A stretch of 24,181 nucleotides of DNA, taken from positions 1 through 24,181 of IMG/VR virus record IMGVR_UViG_3300043220_000111. One strand, 5' to 3'. This stretch comes from a virus. Taxonomy: Duplodnaviria; Caudoviricetes. This document shows positions 1 through 7,444 of this stretch, in pieces. Below the pieces are notes generated by a model that saw only the letters and a list, made by a program, of their open reading frames with translations, made no database searches and was not told where the DNA came from. Each line of letters opens with the position of its first letter. The first letter of the stretch is position 1. The position numbers and the translations under genes are program-made.

Positions 1-23
1 GAATCTTTTGAGAAGGAAGGGAA

Positions 24-221
24 ATGATGGAACCAGAAAATTCAAAACTTGATCTAAAGAATGACATGGCTGACCTAAGTGACAGCCTTCTAAAGGCTGC
101 CAGGGTTTCGAAGAAGGCCTTTGATAAACAGGATATCTTGGTTCGCAGGGCTGCCACTTTTCTTAGGGCTATCAGTAATCAACTGGCTGAGCAAGAACAC
201 AAGAAAGAAGGGAAGTCATGA
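24..221 (+). CDS. Hypothetical protein (65 aa)
   Basis: Purine-rich RBS (AGAAGGAAGGG) upstream; ATGA overlap with the next ORF. Confidence 0.65.
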   Translation: MMEPENSKLDLKNDMADLSDSLLKAARVSKKAFDKQDILVRRAATFLRAISNQLAEQEHKKEGKS

Positions 222-424
222 CCAAAAAATTAGATTGCGATACTCTTGAATCTCAGTCGCCCAAAGATACCCAGGCCGACCGGGCGCTCAAGATTGCTCT
301 GACTGCCCTGGATGCCCTGGATGTTCTGGATGTCAAGGTTGCCCGGGATGTCCGGATGGCACGGGAGGTCCTGCCTAAGCTGACAAGGAATGAAATAATT
401 AAAAGATTACAGAAAAAAATATGA
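218..424 (+). CDS. Hypothetical protein (68 aa)
   Basis: ATGA coupling to the previous ORF; GAAGGGAAG RBS; helical, protein-like sequence. Confidence 0.65.
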   Translation: MTKKLDCDTLESQSPKDTQADRALKIALTALDALDVLDVKVARDVRMAREVLPKLTRNEIIKRLQKKI

Positions 425-459
425 GTTTAATTTATTCTGAGAATACCCTAAAATAGGCT

Positions 460-816
460 ATGGGCATCTTTTTTAGACCACCCCTTGTAGGGGATTCTTT
501 AGTTGTTAGCGGCGCTTTTTCGTTTATCCCCAAAAATAGCGGCGCTAGTGATATGGATTCTGCTAGTGCGGTAATTTTGGCAGTAACAGCCGTACCTCGC
601 ATCGTCACCATTTTAAGTGCAGATATCCAGAAAAAAAGATTTTTTATTATTCAAGACGAAACTGGAACAGCAGGGGATCTTGGAATGCAAATTGTGGTAA
701 ATACCGAAGGGGGGGCTCTGATTAATGGGTTTGCAAGTGTCGCAATCACCTCGGATTTCGGGAATTTAAGCCTATATTCTAATAGCATTGATTTGTTTAT
801 CTTAAACAAAACATGA
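460..816 (+). CDS. Small beta-rich protein resembling a C-terminal domain of phage fibre/virion proteins
   Basis: Pattern 'FIIQDETGTAG...IVVNTEGGALING...ITSDFGNLSLYSN..LFIL' resembles the recurrent fibre C-terminal module (IKDExGxA..I.I...G.E.IDG....I...YG...LYS....WFI); recalled, not searched. Confidence 0.6.
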   Translation: MGIFFRPPLVGDSLVVSGAFSFIPKNSGASDMDSASAVILAVTAVPRIVTILSADIQKKRFFIIQDETGTAGDLGMQIVVNTEGGALINGFASVAITSDFGNLSLYSNSIDLFILNKT

Positions 817-1052
817 TGAAAACCCCTGACCCCTGGCACGTCGCTGCGACCTCTTTTGGCCTGATTTTAGCGACGACCCTGCCCCTAACCTTCTCAAATT
901 TGAATAAAATAGACGCAACTCAGGCCGCAAATATTGCGAACATACAAGCTAAGATTTTAATTTCAGAAGAACTAAAACCTATAAATAGCAAATTATCAAA
1001 TATCTCCGGCGAGTTGAAAGCGTTAACGGCTGTCTTGGGTGTGAAAAATTGA
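813..1052 (+). CDS. Small protein with N-terminal hydrophobic helix and C-terminal coiled coil
   Basis: ATGA overlap; hydrophobic WHVAATSFGLILATTLPLTF followed by a heptad-like tail. Confidence 0.6.
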   Translation: MMKTPDPWHVAATSFGLILATTLPLTFSNLNKIDATQAANIANIQAKILISEELKPINSKLSNISGELKALTAVLGVKN

Positions 1053-1609
1053 CCGCTATTGCCGGGTTAATTGACGGTGCAAACGTTTGGATGGGGGGTG
1101 ATTCGGCAGGTGTTAGCGGATATTCTTTGACCGTCCGAAAAGATCCGAAGGTTTTTACCATTGATGAATTTATTATTGGCTACACATCATCATTTCGCAT
1201 GGGTCAATTACTACGGTTTTATTTAAAACCGGACAGTCCCAAAGAGAACCAGAATAAATACGAATATATGGTCTGCTCGTTCATCCCTAAAGTTCGACAG
1301 GTTCTCAGAGATAACGGTTATCTGAAAATGGAAAACAACAAAGAAATAGCTGGTACGTTTCTTGTCGGATGGCGAGGCTGTCTTTATATTATTCACAATG
1401 ATCTGCAAGTTGGAGAGGCGGCCCTACCCTATGTAACTTGCGGGTGCGGCCAAGATGTTGCGTTAGGATCGCTCCATGCGACAGAATCTAGTAAACCCAC
1501 CTTGTCCCCAAAAGATAGAATACACACGGCTTTGCAAGCTGCCGAACAATTTTCGGCAGGGGTTCGTAGCCCCTTTACCATTCTCACCACTACTGCCCAA
1601 AATGCTTAA
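1049..1609 (+). CDS. Proteasome-beta/HslV-like Ntn-hydrolase (Thr protease)
   Basis: M-T-A-I-A-G N-terminus (Thr1 after Met removal), GGDS, K-V-F at the Lys33-equivalent position, GCG...ALG at the GSG site, C-terminal 'ALQAAEQFSAGVRSPF'; TTG start overlaps the upstream stop (TTGA). Confidence 0.85.
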   Translation: MTAIAGLIDGANVWMGGDSAGVSGYSLTVRKDPKVFTIDEFIIGYTSSFRMGQLLRFYLKPDSPKENQNKYEYMVCSFIPKVRQVLRDNGYLKMENNKEIAGTFLVGWRGCLYIIHNDLQVGEAALPYVTCGCGQDVALGSLHATESSKPTLSPKDRIHTALQAAEQFSAGVRSPFTILTTTAQNA

Positions 1610-1649
1610 AGGTAATCTCAATTCACAATTAAGTGATTCCCGCTCCTCT

Positions 1650-2195
1650 TTAAGCACTCGGCGTAGCGCTAACTGATGCCGGTAGGGACGCGCCATAAGC
1701 GTCTACAACGAAAACTGAATAGCTATACTCCTGTCCGTTTATAAGGCCTGCGTCGATATATGATGAAGGCTTTCCTGGGTCTTCTAATACGCCGACTTCA
1801 ACATCAACCCCATCGGGGGCTGTGGATCCCAATGCTCTCCTTATAACAATCTTCTCAAAGGGATCCGTCATGTGAGTCCAGGAAAGAGAAATCGTTGTAT
1901 TGCCCGGTGTCGCGACGAGACTTTCCGGGGCCAGCATAATACCGCCAAGAGCGGCCATTGGAACCTGGGTCTTATAAATATAATCGTAGGTAATAGGAGT
2001 GAGATAATTTGCCGGGTAAATGGACTTCCCCGTCAAAGGCTCGATTAAATCGGTTGGCTTATTTAATAAAAGCGCCACCTGGGTAGCGTCATCGAAAGTA
2101 GGCTGCCATGTGGGGACGTCCCATGTGTCTTCCCAGTAATTGTGCTGGGATAGTTTTTGCTCTGTGGTTTTATCGAAGACTAAAAGGATTTTCAT
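1650..2195 (-). CDS. Fibronectin type III domain protein (probable ATG start at 2195)
   Basis: C-terminal Fn3 signature APESLVATPGNTTISLSW...SYIDAGLINGQEYSYSVFVVD...SVSATP. Confidence 0.85.
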   Translation of the reverse strand: MKILLVFDKTTEQKLSQHNYWEDTWDVPTWQPTFDDATQVALLLNKPTDLIEPLTGKSIYPANYLTPITYDYIYKTQVPMAALGGIMLAPESLVATPGNTTISLSWTHMTDPFEKIVIRRALGSTAPDGVDVEVGVLEDPGKPSSYIDAGLINGQEYSYSVFVVDAYGASLPASVSATPSA

Positions 2196-2201
2196 TTTCA
2201 A

Positions 2202-2211
2202 AGTATAGCAT
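2202..2211 (-). promoter_or_regulatory. Extended -10 promoter for the Fn3 gene (probably leaderless)
   Basis: ATGCTATACT lies 6 nt upstream of ATG 2195; no SD sequence. Confidence 0.55.
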
Positions 2212-2267
2212 GATTGCACGTTATTTTACCCCTTTTGCACGTCTTTTTATGCATACCGATACTATGG

Positions 2268-2296
2268 TTGACACGGGTGCATCCGCATGCTACACT
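2268..2296 (+). promoter_or_regulatory. Strong sigma70-type promoter
   Basis: TTGACA (2268-2273), 17-bp spacer, TGc-TACACT (2291-2296). Confidence 0.8.
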
Positions 2297-2373
2297 ATAT
2301 ATATAAGTTGAGAAAAACACAGGAATGGCTAGTCTCTCAACTGTTTAAATAAATAAAAAAGAGGAGCAAAACA

Positions 2374-2667
2374 ATGAATAAAACATTACAGAAGGCAATA
2401 AAGATAAAAAGAGTGGGACAAAGTTTTCTTAGACATGTTGAGATAATTTTTAAAGAATTAAATGACGCAGGTGTTAAGGCCAAATTGTATATTCAAGAAT
2501 ATGGTACGGGGCATGGTGTAATTTGGATTGATAAACGACGAGCTAAAGCGGCAGATAAAATTCTTTATAAAATAGGTGCGATTGGGTATGTGAATGACGA
2601 TGATCTTAATTTTAGTGGTGGGGGATCTCCAGAAGGGGAGTTTGACGGGCATAACGAGTATAAATAA
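2374..2667 (+). CDS. Hypothetical protein (97 aa), first gene after the strong promoter
   Basis: GAGGAG RBS; alpha/beta-like pattern with acidic Gly-rich tail. Confidence 0.8.
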   Translation: MNKTLQKAIKIKRVGQSFLRHVEIIFKELNDAGVKAKLYIQEYGTGHGVIWIDKRRAKAADKILYKIGAIGYVNDDDLNFSGGGSPEGEFDGHNEYK

Positions 2668-2688
2668 TACTCAATACAGGATTACAAA

Positions 2689-2793
2689 ATGTTCGGATTA
2701 AACGCCATTGGTGAGTTAGGAGATATGATTGTCGAGGATGGAATTAAGGACCATATAATCACGAAAGGACAATACGAAAATTTACCTTATTAA
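2689..2793 (+). CDS. Possible 34-aa micro-protein MFGLNAIGELGDMIVEDGIKDHIITKGQYENLPY
   Basis: Translated by hand; AGGA upstream; fills the gap in the operon. Confidence 0.4.
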   Translation: MFGLNAIGELGDMIVEDGIKDHIITKGQYENLPY

Positions 2794-2815
2794 TGACCAA
2801 ATCAAAAAAGGAAGT

Positions 2816-3136
2816 GTGAAAATGACGAGAAAAGTTGCAATGAAAAAAGCTGAAATAGCGGAAGAGGCCGTATCGATTCTTGAAGATAATTTTGATAGAT
2901 TTTTAGATTCCCCCAGCCATGAGGCTGCCTGGAAAATATATAATGATGCATGCGAAGCGGTTGATCTTTCTGAAGAAGCGGATGAGGCCGCTAACGAATC
3001 AGGTTCAGAGGTTGCTTTAGCTATTGCAAATAGAGCTTATTTTCAAGCCCAAAAATATGTATGTGAAGCCGATGAGCTTTTAAAAGCTCACCCACCAGAA
3101 GAACAAGAAAAACAAAAGGAGGTAACCCATGGCTAA
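2816..3136 (+). CDS. Acidic helical hypothetical protein
   Basis: AAGGAAG RBS (start GTG 2816 or ATG 2822); about 24 D/E versus 12 K/R by hand count. Confidence 0.8.
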   Translation: MKMTRKVAMKKAEIAEEAVSILEDNFDRFLDSPSHEAAWKIYNDACEAVDLSEEADEAANESGSEVALAIANRAYFQAQKYVCEADELLKAHPPEEQEKQKEVTHG

Positions 3137-3302
3137 CACAAGTATCAGAATACCAGATAAGCTACATGAGGAACTGCGAAAATGCGTCTATGAACGACAG
3201 CAAGAATGTGTTTATGGACAAAAAATGCCTAGTTTAAATAGCTTGATCGTCGATGGTGTTCAAATGGTTTTAAAGCATTATGGTGAAGAAAAAAAGGAGT
3301 GA
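3129..3302 (+). CDS. Arc/HicB-like ribbon-helix-helix DNA-binding protein (57 aa, absent from the ORF track)
   Basis: AAGGAGGT RBS; MANTSIRIPDKLHEELRK...PSLNSLIVDGVQMVL matches the Arc-family strand/helix A/helix B pattern, with a lengthened A-B linker. Confidence 0.8.
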   Translation: MANTSIRIPDKLHEELRKCVYERQQECVYGQKMPSLNSLIVDGVQMVLKHYGEEKKE

Positions 3303-3305
3303 AAT

Positions 3306-3593
3306 ATGAAGGCAATACACGGAGATCGGCGGAGTGGGAAAACCACTAAATTGATTGAGCTTAGTAGTAAGGAGGAGCTTACTATTATATGTATCTCAAG
3401 GAGGCATGTCGATTTGGTCAGTGATCAGGCGAGAAAAATGGTAAAAAACATACCTCAGCCCTTTACCTTTGATCAACTTTTAAGTGGAAAATTGAAGGGG
3501 AGGCATATTAAAGGCTTTTTGTTTGATGACCTCGACGCAATGCTTCAAACACTCTGTGATAGCCCTGTTTATGCCATAAGTTTTTCAGATTAA
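3306..3593 (+). CDS. Minimal P-loop NTPase-like protein (95 aa)
   Basis: Walker A GDRRSGKTT, Walker B-like GFLFDD; AAGGAG RBS. Confidence 0.8.
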   Translation: MKAIHGDRRSGKTTKLIELSSKEELTIICISRRHVDLVSDQARKMVKNIPQPFTFDQLLSGKLKGRHIKGFLFDDLDAMLQTLCDSPVYAISFSD

Positions 3594-3695
3594 GGCGTTT
3601 ACCCAGCCCTAATATAGCTTCCCTTTAGGGCCGGACGAACTCTTTAAGAAAGGAGAGGAAGAGGACAGTTTTATCAAAAGGACAGGAGTAAATAA

Positions 3696-4292
3696 ATGAA
3701 AAAGACAGTAATTTTATTGGTTTTGTTAATGGTTTTTGGGGGCGTTTCTCAGAGGGTTGAGGCGGGGCTTTTTGATGGGAAGTTTGGGGTGTCTTTGTTT
3801 CAGGGTAGCAATTTGTTCAATTATCATTATTTTGGAAATGGTCAGACTAGCCAATCAAATTATTTAGCCATTGGTTATCATGAGTCATTGTTTGATGTGT
3901 ATGTCGGGTATCTTACTTCAAAAGAAACCAGAACATATAAATATGACAATACCCTCACCTGGACAGATCAGGAAGGGGTCTCAGGCTTTTTACTCAAAGG
4001 AAACGGCAAGTTAAATCTCGGCAAAGAAAATGCTGTTATACTCGGCGCTCTTTATGCTAATTGGAGTGGGAAATCTGATCTCTCTGGAGTTAAGTTTAAT
4101 GGGCAAAACCTTGGCCTTTTTGCTGGCCTTCAGCATAGTCTTAATCAAAATTTAATGATTGAGTTTACGGTCTATCCGTATTTGCTCTCAACATTAACAA
4201 ACCCAAGTGGTAATCCGAGTCGAGAAGATGAAAAATCATCTGTAACAAGTAGCTTTCAAAACTTTGAAGTAGGCATGACGTATCTGTTTTAG
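3696..4292 (+). CDS. Outer-membrane beta-barrel protein (probably ~8 strands)
   Basis: Sec signal peptide (MKKTVILLVLLMVFGG...VEA), alternating amphipathic strands, C-terminal BAM-type signal EVGMTYLF; AGGAG RBS. Confidence 0.82.
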   Translation: MKKTVILLVLLMVFGGVSQRVEAGLFDGKFGVSLFQGSNLFNYHYFGNGQTSQSNYLAIGYHESLFDVYVGYLTSKETRTYKYDNTLTWTDQEGVSGFLLKGNGKLNLGKENAVILGALYANWSGKSDLSGVKFNGQNLGLFAGLQHSLNQNLMIEFTVYPYLLSTLTNPSGNPSREDEKSSVTSSFQNFEVGMTYLF

Positions 4293-4323
4293 GCTATACT
4301 AGGGGGGCATGAAAGGATTGATT

Positions 4324-4596
4324 ATGACAAACAAAGAGATTATGGCGGATTCTTTACGATTACTTAAAGCCTTTAGAGAGGCTTTAGGTAAGGCACGAAC
4401 AGAACTCAAAAAGAAGGCTTTGTCTGAAATGGCCCATGACGCCTCTTCTGATGATACTCTTAATAGATTTTATGAGCATGATAGAGAACTTTCGGGAGCG
4501 GCGCTTTGCCTGGATTTAGATATTCAAAAGCTTGGTAAAGTTAGTGATGATGGAAAATCTTTGCTAGATTATGACAAAAATGGAGAGAAACGATGA
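4324..4596 (+). CDS. Hypothetical helical protein (MTNKE paralogue 1)
   Basis: AAAGGA RBS before ATG 4324; ATGA overlap with the next gene. Confidence 0.7.
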   Translation: MTNKEIMADSLRLLKAFREALGKARTELKKKALSEMAHDASSDDTLNRFYEHDRELSGAALCLDLDIQKLGKVSDDGKSLLDYDKNGEKR

Positions 4597-5054
4597 CCAC
4601 AGAAGAGCGACTTACGAAACTTGAAGGTGTCTACAAGATCGTCACCAAAAAAGACTTTGATATGCGAGTTGACCTAATGGAGAAGCTACTAAAGCAAAAC
4701 GTTAATAATATTGATGCAAAGGTAGAGAATTCTGAGGGGCGAGTGAATACTACTGTGGGGAATTACGAGAGGATTCAAAAAGCCAATATGGGAATCCTGG
4801 AAAAAAGTCTAAAGGATGAATTGAAGAATTTTGAAGCTCGTCTTCATTCCAAAAGGGAAGCCTCCGAAACTCGATTAACAGGTAAAATTGAGGCTTCGGA
4901 GAAAGTCCTAAAGGGTGAAATGAAGGCTCTTGAGACTGTTGTAACGGGTAAAACGAGTCAACTTGGAGGCCAACTTACCTTTATGCAATGGTCTATGACG
5001 ATTGCTATTGCTGCCCTTGCTTTGCTAAGCGTTGTCGGTAAGGAGATATTTTGA
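4593..5054 (+). CDS. DUF1640/CCDC90-like coiled-coil protein with C-terminal membrane anchor
   Basis: 'VTKKDF' neck motif, long coiled coil, terminal TM helix MQWSMTIAIAALALLSVV; GGAG RBS. Confidence 0.7.
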   Translation: MTTEERLTKLEGVYKIVTKKDFDMRVDLMEKLLKQNVNNIDAKVENSEGRVNTTVGNYERIQKANMGILEKSLKDELKNFEARLHSKREASETRLTGKIEASEKVLKGEMKALETVVTGKTSQLGGQLTFMQWSMTIAIAALALLSVVGKEIF

Positions 5055-5055
5055 C

Positions 5056-5328
5056 ATGACAAATAAAGAAACCTTCACAAAAGCCATGGGAATTACAGAA
5101 GTTCTTGAAAAAGAACTGGCTAAAAAAAGATTAGAGGTAGCCCGAATTGATTTAGAGGTAAACGAAAAAGCTCTTAATATAAGCCCAGAGGCGTACGATA
5201 AGACATTGAGTATAGCCTTTAACCATAGAATGGACTTTGACACGCTGGCTGAGGCTATTAAGAGAATCTCTAAAATATTAACCAATCTTGCCGAAAATTC
5301 AAGGGGGGCTTATCCAATCTATTTTTGA
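5056..5328 (+). CDS. Hypothetical helical protein (MTNKE paralogue 2)
   Basis: AAGGAG RBS at ~5040 supports ATG 5056 rather than 5032. Confidence 0.7.
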   Translation: MTNKETFTKAMGITEVLEKELAKKRLEVARIDLEVNEKALNISPEAYDKTLSIAFNHRMDFDTLAEAIKRISKILTNLAENSRGAYPIYF

Positions 5329-5331
5329 GGC

Positions 5332-5937
5332 CTAGAAGGCGTTCTTGAACACGAATGTAGACGAAGTCACAGCTACACCCGCCGTCACGTCAATCTGGAT
5401 CGTAGCTCCATCTGAAACACTACTAATATCAAAAATATCTGTAAAATATGAAATACTCCCGCCTCTATTAGCTCCCTCCGCAGTTACGGCAGAATAACCT
5501 CTAGATTCAGTCTTTCCATTCGTAAATGCGATTGTTATAGATCCGACAAAATTAACTAATGGTATTGCCGTTACCATAACTCTTACAATCTTGTCACCGG
5601 ATGCTTTTATAAACGAATTCGAAAGTAACAGAATTCCTGATTGACTATTATTAAACAATTCTTCCGTTCCGTAAGCGTCGATTTGATTATCCTCCAATAT
5701 CTGGGTTAAAGTTTTAGCCCCTATTGTAACATCATCCGTACTTCCAAATGTAGCCTCATTGGCATGCAGCCTTTTCCACCGATTACTAGCCGAACCAAGG
5801 TCTTGAACATTGTCATCCTCATCCCGAGTAGCCGGGTCTATCGGATGGACAAACCCGTCCCGGGCCGAATTCATTTGATTAACATTGGCCGCCGTCAAAA
5901 TGTCCCCATCAACAAAATTTAAAGGTAATACGCCCAT
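5332..5937 (-). CDS. Short tail fibre / receptor-binding-like protein
   Basis: GGAGGTG RBS; N-terminal 'FVDGDILTAANVN' attachment motif, 'DLGSASNRW' fibre motif, beta-rich C-terminus; last gene of the tail module. Confidence 0.7.
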   Translation of the reverse strand: MGVLPLNFVDGDILTAANVNQMNSARDGFVHPIDPATRDEDDNVQDLGSASNRWKRLHANEATFGSTDDVTIGAKTLTQILEDNQIDAYGTEELFNNSQSGILLLSNSFIKASGDKIVRVMVTAIPLVNFVGSITIAFTNGKTESRGYSAVTAEGANRGGSISYFTDIFDISSVSDGATIQIDVTAGVAVTSSTFVFKNAF

Positions 5938-5938
5938 T

Positions 5939-7444
5939 TCACACCTCCACGAGTTCGTACTCGGTCTCAAAACTGTTCACATTAATACTAACCGCTTGAA
6001 CCTTGACCTGGATTTGATTTAAATTAATTGATCCTGTTCTCTCTCCTAATCGGTCTGTCCCAAGAATTGAGACACCCAAGATAAAAGGTGTTGCCGTGCT
6101 AGATTCCCCTAGATTGTTAATCTCGACCGGATCATTTAGCCTGAGATGTGGGATAAAGACAGTCTGTAGTCGCCACCTACGCTTTGGTAGGCCAAGCTCC
6201 GATATAACCCGGTCCGCAACCACCTGAGCAAGCCCCGCATCAAGCTCTTTCAGGTCAGCATCAAACGTTCTCTCTCCAAATATGTCTTGTATGCTCCCAT
6301 CGCCAGGCGTCCAGACGGACTCCGATACTGCGAAGCGATCATCAGCATGTTCAATCACCGCCCGGGTCCACGTCTGGTCTACCCCAGCCTCTTCAGAATT
6401 GATCCTGACGATATTTATGCCAAACTCATTATCAAAGCTCCCTGCGCCGTTGAATCTGAATACCACCCCGCCCACGGGCACCCGGTCGCGCCATTCAAAA
6501 TTGCCGTCAAAAGTCACCCCAGGATAAAAGTTTTCATATAAAGAATAGTCTTTTATTTTATCCCAGATCGTCACGTTGTCTTTGATAGTGGGTGAGATTA
6601 TCACATCGCCCGGGGTGGCTTGTATCTGATACCTAGTAGCGTCATCTGAGCCCTCAAAAAACTGGTCAAATACCCTAACTCCATTCTGTACCTTTTTAAC
6701 GAGCCTATTGATAAGGTCGGCAGGGGTGTCTACGGAAACGAACACAGGGACATTATTTAGCGCGTTTGCGGGTATTTCATCGACCTCAATATCGTCAATA
6801 CCAATAACCAAAACCACCCTAAATATCTCAAAGGTCAGATCGCCGCCTGGCGTGGCTGGCGCTCCGCTTTTCAACTTAATCAACTGGTCAATCACAAGCC
6901 CATGATTAACGATGGTCATAAATTCATCCGTCCCGACATTAAAAGCGTTGTTGGCTAAGGGTGTTGATAGCACTTCTGGCACGATGTTGGCCGCGTTATG
7001 CAGTTTAAAAACGTTTAAAATGCTTGATATTTTGAGGGTTATTAGACCGGCATCGCTGGTTACCGGTTCCGATGTCATAATCCCGTAGGATCTCCGGCCA
7101 ACGATCTCGTCATCGAACCCATCCGGGTCAATGAAGCCGACCTCTATTCGGAATCGGGTCTTGATTCTGGTCTTGAATGTGTGGAAAAGGCTTTCGGACT
7201 CGTTGGCATCGTTGAACCGGCGTCGTGAATTATCCAATATAATACTGGTTTCCGTAGGTTGGTATTCGCCCAGTATAAGATTGTCACCATAAGATTCGTT
7301 CATGCTTCCGTAGGATTGGACAAACTGTGAGATATCAAACCAGTCCACCTCATAGGTGCCATCAAGCCGCACACGCTTAAATTCGACCTTCCTATAGCCG
7401 ATCTTAGCGCCTCTTTTGACCAGATCATTAATCGTTGGAGGCAT
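5939..7444 (-). CDS. Tail tip / baseplate hub-like protein
   Basis: Second gene after the TMP; 'FDGNFEWRDR', 'SIQDIFGER' and 'PHLRLNDPVEI' are typical of hub folds. Confidence 0.7.
   Translation of the reverse strand: MPPTINDLVKRGAKIGYRKVEFKRVRLDGTYEVDWFDISQFVQSYGSMNESYGDNLILGEYQPTETSIILDNSRRRFNDANESESLFHTFKTRIKTRFRIEVGFIDPDGFDDEIVGRRSYGIMTSEPVTSDAGLITLKISSILNVFKLHNAANIVPEVLSTPLANNAFNVGTDEFMTIVNHGLVIDQLIKLKSGAPATPGGDLTFEIFRVVLVIGIDDIEVDEIPANALNNVPVFVSVDTPADLINRLVKKVQNGVRVFDQFFEGSDDATRYQIQATPGDVIISPTIKDNVTIWDKIKDYSLYENFYPGVTFDGNFEWRDRVPVGGVVFRFNGAGSFDNEFGINIVRINSEEAGVDQTWTRAVIEHADDRFAVSESVWTPGDGSIQDIFGERTFDADLKELDAGLAQVVADRVISELGLPKRRWRLQTVFIPHLRLNDPVEINNLGESSTATPFILGVSILGTDRLGERTGSINLNQIQVKVQAVSINVNSFETEYELVEV

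Noticed and set aside
303-334. 9-bp tandem repeat (CTGGATG..)
   Set aside because: Simply encodes ALDALDVLDV; too short for CRISPR or iterons.
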